A DNA stretch of 64,000 nucleotides, from assembly GCA_049840435.1 (NCBI GenBank), contig JASGKY010000036.1, positions 58,936 through 122,935 on the forward strand, given 5' to 3'. This DNA is from Verrucomicrobiota bacterium (GTDB taxonomy: Bacteria; Verrucomicrobiota; Verrucomicrobiia; Limisphaerales; JADLHS01). Below the pieces are notes generated by a model that worked only from the letters and a program-made list of their open reading frames with translations, searched no databases and was not told the DNA's origin. Shown piece by piece: positions 58,115-64,000 of this stretch (positions are counted from its first letter, which is position 1; each line of letters starts with the position of its first letter). A program made the translations under genes and the position numbers.

Positions 58115-59140
58115 TCATTTCAACTTCACCGGCTTGCCCGTCGTTGCTGACTTGTCGGCGGCGAACATGATTTCGTGGGTGCGAGCGGCTTCGGCGAAGC
58201 TGGTGAGGGGCATTTCTTTGCCGGCAGCCAGCGCGGTGAAGAAGGCGGCGAATTGCGTGGTGTAGGGGTGATCAGCCACGTCGCCGGAATCCAACATGTT
58301 CATCGCGAGTTCGCCCCACTTGTTCTTGTTCGTCTTGAGCTTTTGGGAGTGAAACTTGTTGTCGAGCAGGCTGCCTTCGCTGCCGACCAGGTGCGTGTGG
58401 AAATAATACGGCTGGAGACAATCCACGATGGCGGCGCATTTGCCTACGCTGCCGTTCTTGAACTTCAAGAGTGTCACGCTGCTGGTCTTGTATTCGTAAG
58501 GCGCAAAGATTTTGCTCTTGGACTTGGTGTCGTAGCTTGTGACTTCGGCGACGTCATTGCCCATGCAGAGGAGCAGGGCATCGAGCGCGTGGCAACCGGC
58601 CGTGAGCAGGGCACTGCCGCCGGCGTCTTTGCGGGTGTTCCAGCGGAATTGGCCATACCACGGACCGATGCCATGATAATAATCCACTTCGCCGTAGTGC
58701 AACGTGCCGAGCAGGCCTTGATCGAGCACGGATTTGGTGGCGAGGAACTGGCTGGAATAACGGCACTCAAAGCAGACACACGTTTTCACCTTGGCTTTCT
58801 TGAGCGCGGCTTCCATCTCGCGCAGGTCTTTCAGATTCAGACAGAGTGGCTTCTCGATGATGATGTGTTTGCCGGCGCGGGCGGCTTTGAGGAACTGCGC
58901 TTTGTGCTGATTCGGATAGCTGCAGATCGAAACGGCGTGGATGTTCGGGTCGGCAAGCATCTTGTCGAGATTGTCGTAGGCCGTAATGCGACCGCCGTGC
59001 TTGGCGCTCAACTCAGCAGAATCCAGCGGGCGCGAGGAGTAAATCGCTGTGACCTGCGCGAGCGGGGATGCGTTGATGGCAGGAATGTGCGCGGAGGCGA
59101 CCCAACCGTAACCAATGATGCCGACGTTGTATTTCTTCAT
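58115..59140 (-). CDS. Gfo/Idh/MocA-family oxidoreductase
   Basis: VGIIGYGWVA, AGKHIIIEKP and GGSALLTAGCHALD motifs. Confidence 0.92.
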   Translation of the reverse strand: MKKYNVGIIGYGWVASAHIPAINASPLAQVTAIYSSRPLDSAELSAKHGGRITAYDNLDKMLADPNIHAVSICSYPNQHKAQFLKAARAGKHIIIEKPLCLNLKDLREMEAALKKAKVKTCVCFECRYSSQFLATKSVLDQGLLGTLHYGEVDYYHGIGPWYGQFRWNTRKDAGGSALLTAGCHALDALLLCMGNDVAEVTSYDTKSKSKIFAPYEYKTSSVTLLKFKNGSVGKCAAIVDCLQPYYFHTHLVGSEGSLLDNKFHSQKLKTNKNKWGELAMNMLDSGDVADHPYTTQFAAFFTALAAGKEMPLTSFAEAARTHEIMFAADKSATTGKPVKLK

Positions 59141-59587
59141 GTGTAGAACTGGAATTAGTCTGCAGACATGCGACTCAGAGCCGTGCGGCTTGTCAAAGCA
59201 AAAGGTGGTTGCGATATAAACATGCTGCGCGCGAGTCATCCGAAAGCAGTGGGATTTAGAATGCGGCGGAGCACGGGCCTCCAATTGTCACGGCTGCCAA
59301 TTAGTCGTCCGCCGTTCGTCTGAGTTTGTGACATAATTTTCCCCGGCCCTGCCCCGGGGGATTTAATACATGCCATTCTGCAAAGGAGGCGCATCAGCCT
59401 GTAAACATTGAGCAAGCTGCTAGTGGCTGCAGGTCTGCCGGGCGCTGGCACATAAGCTGCAAAGCTTCGGGCAAGGAGATGCAAAAATTGCAGACAGATT
59501 CATTGGCTCAGCCTTGGGCCGTATGTGCCGGACAACTTTGAACTTCATTTGTCCCTGACTCGCAACCTGCTTTAAGCCGATTTATTC

Positions 59588-62500
59588 ATGAACACCCCCG
59601 TCTCACCCAATCCGCACAACTCCATTGTCGCTGCCCTCAAAGGCTTCGCACCGTGGCAACAGTTGAAAAGCAAAAACATCGCGTACCTGACCCTGCCGTT
59701 GCTCATCATGGCAACGGTGGTGGAGTTCGTCATCCTGGCGACCGGCTGGAAATATCAGCAAGCCGTCTGTCTGCCGCAGGGGATGGGCGTCACGTTCTTT
59801 GGCATCGGGCCGATCGGCGCGACGATTCTCGCGGTCGAGTTGCTCAAGTTGCCGCTCGCCATCTGGACGGCGTCGCGCGCGGGCTGGGCGAAGACAATGA
59901 TGCTGTGCTGTGGTTTGCCGCTGATCTGTCTGCTCACGTTCCAATTGGTCAAGGACATGGCGGTGTATGAGATGGGGGCGGCGATGAAGCCGGCGAGCGA
60001 GTGGTTGGAAAAGGCCGCAGCGGAGGAAACCAAGATTTCCCAACTCAACGCCCAGTTGAACGCTATTCAAGGCAAGAAGACTGATCGTGAAGCCAAACTG
60101 GCGGAGTTTGCCGCCAAGAAGGCCAAGGCCAAGGCTGAGTTGGAGGAAGAGTTGAAACGCAACGATCAGGCGCGCAACGATGCCATCTCGCTCACGGAAT
60201 ATCAGACCAAGGAGTTGTCCACCGTGGAGGCCCGGCAGGCGGCGATTACCCGGCAGTTTGACATCGATGCGGCGCAGTTGGGCAAGGCCATCGCGGATTT
60301 GCGTGCCCGCCGGGAAAGTGAAGTGGGGTTAGCGAGCAAATGGAACGCGGAGGAAGCGCGGATCGAGAATGCCTATAAAACGAAGCTGGCGGCTTACACC
60401 AACAAGAAGAACGCTTACGAGAAGGACAAGGAAGAGTACCAGAGCGCCAATATTCTGAAGCGGCAATTGATGCGTGAGCCGGTTAATCCGGGCGTGCCAC
60501 CAGAGCGTGAGGTGAACACGATTCTCAAGCCGACCCAGGTCGCGGATCTGGATGCCCAAATCAAAGCCAAGGAAGCCGAATTGGTCGCGGTCAACAACAA
60601 GCGCCGTGAGAGCGTGGCGTTGGTTGCTGCTGACGCGCAACGCATCCGGCAGGATTTCGATCGGCGTTCGCAAGCCAAGCGCGAGGAGTCGGACAAGCGG
60701 CGCACCGAATTGCTGGCGGCGCAGGAAAAGTTGAATGCCCAATTGGCTGCTGAGGAAAAAGAATTAGATCAGGCGCTTGGGGTGGCGGTAGGGAAGGTGG
60801 ATGATATCCGGGCTGAAGTGGACGCCGCGCGCAAGCGCGCTGAGGGACACTATGAGGCGCGCGAAGCGGCGATTCGCAGCACGCAAGTGCATCGGATTGC
60901 GACCACGGTGGAAATCGTGCGCGGGCTGTTGTTTGGCGAGCGGCCGTTATCCATCAATGCGTCGGCCAAGGAACGTGGTGACGCGCTCACCGATCAGATC
61001 AGCATGGTGCGCATCTGGGTTTATCCAGTGCTGGCGTTCATCGTGGCATTTTTACCGACACTGATGGTCGAGGTTGGATTTTCCACATTGTTCAAACCAG
61101 ACTCGCAACAACAGCAACGCCCACAGCATCGCTTGGGCTTCTTGGGGCGTCGGTTGCACGCGGTTTCTGTCCGGGCGGGTCGATTGAAGATTGCGCGAGC
61201 TGAACGGATGGCGCGCGAAGCCGCTACTGTGATCGCGACGCGTGATCAAGCGTTGGCCACCGCGAAAGCCAGTGCAGAGCAAACGCTGGCTGGGAAGGAA
61301 ATTGAACTGCGGGCGGCGCGGGAAGCGACCGCGTCGGCGACGACTGGATTTGAGCAGCAGTTGAAACTTAAGGAAGCCGAATGGGTCGCGAAGTTCACCG
61401 AACTGGCGGACTCGTTGAATCGGGCGGTCATTGAGAAGGATTCGCTGCGCGACTTGCAGAAGACGGAAGTGGAGCGGCAGGTCCAGATGCGTCAAAACGC
61501 GTGGGCGGATCGGGTGTCGCAGTTGAGCAAGGAATTGGATGAGCAGCGCGCGGTTGCCGAGGCGGAACGCACGACGTTGATGGCCGAGCAGCAGAAAAGA
61601 TTGCTCGCCGTGACCGAGGAATGCAAAGCGCAGGTGCTCCAAGCCCGTCGCCAGATGGCCGATGCACAGATGGAGGCGGTCGAGAAGAACGCCAAGCTGT
61701 CGCATGACCTGAAGGAAGCTTTGCACGCGCGGGATGCGGCAGAGTTCCAAGCCAAGCAACAGGCGGAGGTGTTTGAACGGCAGTTGGCGCAGACGCAGGA
61801 AGATGGCGCGCGGGAAGTGGAAAAAGTGACGCGGCAGGAAAAATACCGCTTCGAACGCCAGCAGTTGGATTTCGACAAGACGTTGCGCCAGCGCACGGAT
61901 GACTTCGAGCATCGCGTGAAACAGCAGGAACATGAATTGTCGGTGGCTTTTGAGTCTCGCCTGGCCGAGGAAAAGGCCAAGATCGAACAAGACGCTCGTG
62001 AGCGGCGTGCCGAATTGGAACGCGAGCTGGAGACACGCGCCCGCGAAGTGGATGCACACTGGAACCGCGAATTGCAGCAGCGCGAGACAGCGGCGTTGAA
62101 TCGCCTTAAGCAGCGCGAGCTGCAATTGGGAACGCAGGCGGAGACCCGGTTAAAAGATGTGCAGACCCAGGCTGAGGAATTGTTGCGTCGTCGGGAAGCA
62201 GAATTGAGCCGGCAGCTCGAAACACAAGAGCGGCAGGCGGAGACACGCTTGAAGGAGGAATTGCAACAGAAGGAACTGACGTTGCAGACCCGGTTCAAGC
62301 AACGCGAACAGGAATTGATCAGCCGTGCCGCGGCGCGCGAAGCCGAATTGAAAAATCAATCCGCGGCAGAGTTGCAGGCGCGCGAGCAGGAATGGGAGGA
62401 ACAATCATTGGCTCAGGTTCGGTCGGTGGAAAGCCGCGCCACCCAAGAAGCCGAGCAGAAGGAAGAATCCTATCAGTTGAAATTACGGCAGCGCGAGCAG

Positions 62501-62872
62501 CAGTTGCAGGTGCAGTTCGACGCGCGGCAGGCGGAAATTCAGGCGCAGCGCGATCGGGATGCGCGGCGGCGGGAATTGGAATTTGTTGAGGCACAGCAAC
62601 GCGAGCAGCACTTGGTGGCCAAGCTGGCCGCGCAGGCGGAAGCGCATCAGATCGCCCAGAAGGAATGGGCGACGGAATTGGAGATCGCGCGCGGTGGCAT
62701 GGAGCCGCTCAAGGCGCTGTTGGTCCGCACCGAAAAGGAACGGGATGAGGCGCGTGCGGTTGCAGATGAGGGCACGCGAATGTTTGAGAACTTGCGGAAG
62801 AAGTCGATTGAGGCTTCCACGTTGCTGAATGGCTGGGAAAATCGAGACAACCTCGCTGGTCGGCTGAGTTGA
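59588..62872 (+). CDS. Large coiled-coil membrane protein (1094 aa)
   Basis: Three N-terminal TM segments, a ~350-aa coiled coil, one TM (WVYPVLAFIVAFL), then a ~550-aa E/Q/R-rich coiled coil. Confidence 0.85.
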   Translation: MNTPVSPNPHNSIVAALKGFAPWQQLKSKNIAYLTLPLLIMATVVEFVILATGWKYQQAVCLPQGMGVTFFGIGPIGATILAVELLKLPLAIWTASRAGWAKTMMLCCGLPLICLLTFQLVKDMAVYEMGAAMKPASEWLEKAAAEETKISQLNAQLNAIQGKKTDREAKLAEFAAKKAKAKAELEEELKRNDQARNDAISLTEYQTKELSTVEARQAAITRQFDIDAAQLGKAIADLRARRESEVGLASKWNAEEARIENAYKTKLAAYTNKKNAYEKDKEEYQSANILKRQLMREPVNPGVPPEREVNTILKPTQVADLDAQIKAKEAELVAVNNKRRESVALVAADAQRIRQDFDRRSQAKREESDKRRTELLAAQEKLNAQLAAEEKELDQALGVAVGKVDDIRAEVDAARKRAEGHYEAREAAIRSTQVHRIATTVEIVRGLLFGERPLSINASAKERGDALTDQISMVRIWVYPVLAFIVAFLPTLMVEVGFSTLFKPDSQQQQRPQHRLGFLGRRLHAVSVRAGRLKIARAERMAREAATVIATRDQALATAKASAEQTLAGKEIELRAAREATASATTGFEQQLKLKEAEWVAKFTELADSLNRAVIEKDSLRDLQKTEVERQVQMRQNAWADRVSQLSKELDEQRAVAEAERTTLMAEQQKRLLAVTEECKAQVLQARRQMADAQMEAVEKNAKLSHDLKEALHARDAAEFQAKQQAEVFERQLAQTQEDGAREVEKVTRQEKYRFERQQLDFDKTLRQRTDDFEHRVKQQEHELSVAFESRLAEEKAKIEQDARERRAELERELETRAREVDAHWNRELQQRETAALNRLKQRELQLGTQAETRLKDVQTQAEELLRRREAELSRQLETQERQAETRLKEELQQKELTLQTRFKQREQELISRAAAREAELKNQSAAELQAREQEWEEQSLAQVRSVESRATQEAEQKEESYQLKLRQREQQLQVQFDARQAEIQAQRDRDARRRELEFVEAQQREQHLVAKLAAQAEAHQIAQKEWATELEIARGGMEPLKALLVRTEKERDEARAVADEGTRMFENLRKKSIEASTLLNGWENRDNLAGRLS

Positions 62873-62890
62873 GACGCCGACAGATGATCA

Positions 62891-62927
62891 CAGATGGCGA
62901 CGAGATGCTCGTCGCCATCTGCTTTTG
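62891..62927 (+). terminator. Intrinsic terminator
   Basis: Perfect 14-bp stem CAGATGGCGACGAG-atg-CTCGTCGCCATCTG followed by CTTTT. Confidence 0.75.
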
Positions 62928-63135
62928 GAGCAGTGGTGACCGGCGCCGGGAAGGTGTCGCTTTCTCCTTCTCGGTGAGGAGTGTTGCCGCTGCTCCATTT
63001 CGTTTGGCTGAATCTGTTTTCTCTGTTCGGAGCGTGGCATCCATGGCCGGCGCAGTGCTAGCTGCTGCGAAGGTAAGCTGTGTTTTGTGGCAAGATTGAA
63101 AGGTGCGAGTTACTGCACCTGGGATGGGATCGCGT

Positions 63136-64000
63136 CTAGCTTGCGCGCAAAAATTTCAACGCTTCTTCCATGTCGGCGGGAATCGAGGCGGTGAACCGTA
63201 CCTTTTTTCCAGTCCGAGGATGAGTGAATGCCAGCTTGTGGGCGTGGAGCAAAACGCGTGGGGCTTCGTAGTGGGTGAGTTCAGCGAGTTTCTTTGTTTG
63301 GCGCTGGCCGTAGGTGTCGTCGCCAGCGACCGGAAAGCCTAAATGTTGGAAGTGGACGCGGATCTGGTGCGTGCGACCGGTGTGCAAATGTGCTTCGACG
63401 AGCGTGGCTTGGTTCAGGCGCTCAATGACGCGATAGCCGGTGTGAGCAGGCCGACCGTCGTCATCGTCGTGAACGGCCATGCGTTTACGGTGTGTGGGAT
63501 GACGGGCGATGGCGGCGCGGATGTTGCCTTCGTCGCGCGGCAGGAGGCCGCAGACGATGGCGAGATAGAATTTTTCCACGGTGCGCCCGGCGAATTGGGC
63601 GGAGAGAGCGACGTGGGTTTCATCATTTTTGGCGACTACGAGGCAGCCGCTGGTTTCCTTATCGAGCCGGTGGACGATGCCGGGTCGCGCCACGCCGCCG
63701 ATGCCGCTGAGTTCACCTTTGCAATGGTGGAGCAGGGCATTAACGAGGGTGTGCTCTTCGTTGCCGGCCGCAGGATGCACAACAATGCCGGCTGGTTTGT
63801 TCAGCACTAGCAAGGATTTATCTTCGAAAAGTATTTCGAGTGGGATGTCCTCCGCTTTGGCCTCGGCGGGTTTGGCCGCGGGGATTTCAATGCGGACAAC
63901 TTCACCGGCCCGTGGTGTATGCGTGGCTTTCGTCGGCTGGTCGTTGACGGTAATATGGCCTTCCTCAATGAGCCGTTGGATCGCGCCGCGGGAGAGTGCG
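63136..64000 (-). CDS. rluD: RluA-family 23S rRNA pseudouridine synthase (5' end outside the window)
   Basis: S4-like N-terminus (SRGAIQRLIEEG), NKPAGIVVHP, RPGIVHRLDKETSG and TGRTHQIRVH motifs. Confidence 0.9.
   Translation of the reverse strand, partial: ALSRGAIQRLIEEGHITVNDQPTKATHTPRAGEVVRIEIPAAKPAEAKAEDIPLEILFEDKSLLVLNKPAGIVVHPAAGNEEHTLVNALLHHCKGELSGIGGVARPGIVHRLDKETSGCLVVAKNDETHVALSAQFAGRTVEKFYLAIVCGLLPRDEGNIRAAIARHPTHRKRMAVHDDDDGRPAHTGYRVIERLNQATLVEAHLHTGRTHQIRVHFQHLGFPVAGDDTYGQRQTKKLAELTHYEAPRVLLHAHKLAFTHPRTGKKVRFTASIPADMEEALKFLRAS

Noticed and set aside
62709-63044. 111-aa minus-strand ORF downstream of rluD
   Set aside because: It runs through the terminator hairpin and overlaps the coiled-coil gene antisense, with no recognisable features.

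Overview
Chromosomal window that looks like a Verrucomicrobia (Pedosphaerales-like) genome. This is inferred from the PEP-CTERM proteins, an Amuc_1098-1101-type pil/secretin operon and a PocR-AraC regulator. Gene order: 3' end of malate synthase; PEP-CTERM protein; orphan two-domain DNA methyltransferase; two tandem paralogous ECF sigma / putative anti-sigma / membrane-anchored protein modules; Nif3, speA, mqnC; a probably single-chain xanthine dehydrogenase separated from an NCS2 purine permease by a block of regulators; pilMN-pilO-like-X-secretin, a 5'-3' exonuclease and four very large exported proteins (one an M36 protease); coaE; a broken lamin-tail/CotH gene; glgB-GH57-glgA; rnhB; a HEAT-repeat protein; an oxidoreductase; a 1094-aa coiled-coil membrane protein; and rluD. 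Many genes carry single-base frameshifts that look like sequencing or assembly errors. The best candidate for an undescribed system is the secretin locus plus the adjacent exported proteins. Four of these unrelated proteins share a ~70-aa C-terminal 'Y-x-V...W...(F/Y)(Y/F)(R/K)' domain, a possible sorting signal, and exported proteins show a strong Thr-Asn over Asn-Thr bias, a possible modification sequon. The duplicated ECF three-gene modules are a second candidate. I saw no CRISPR array, intact tRNA/rRNA gene, transposase or integrase.
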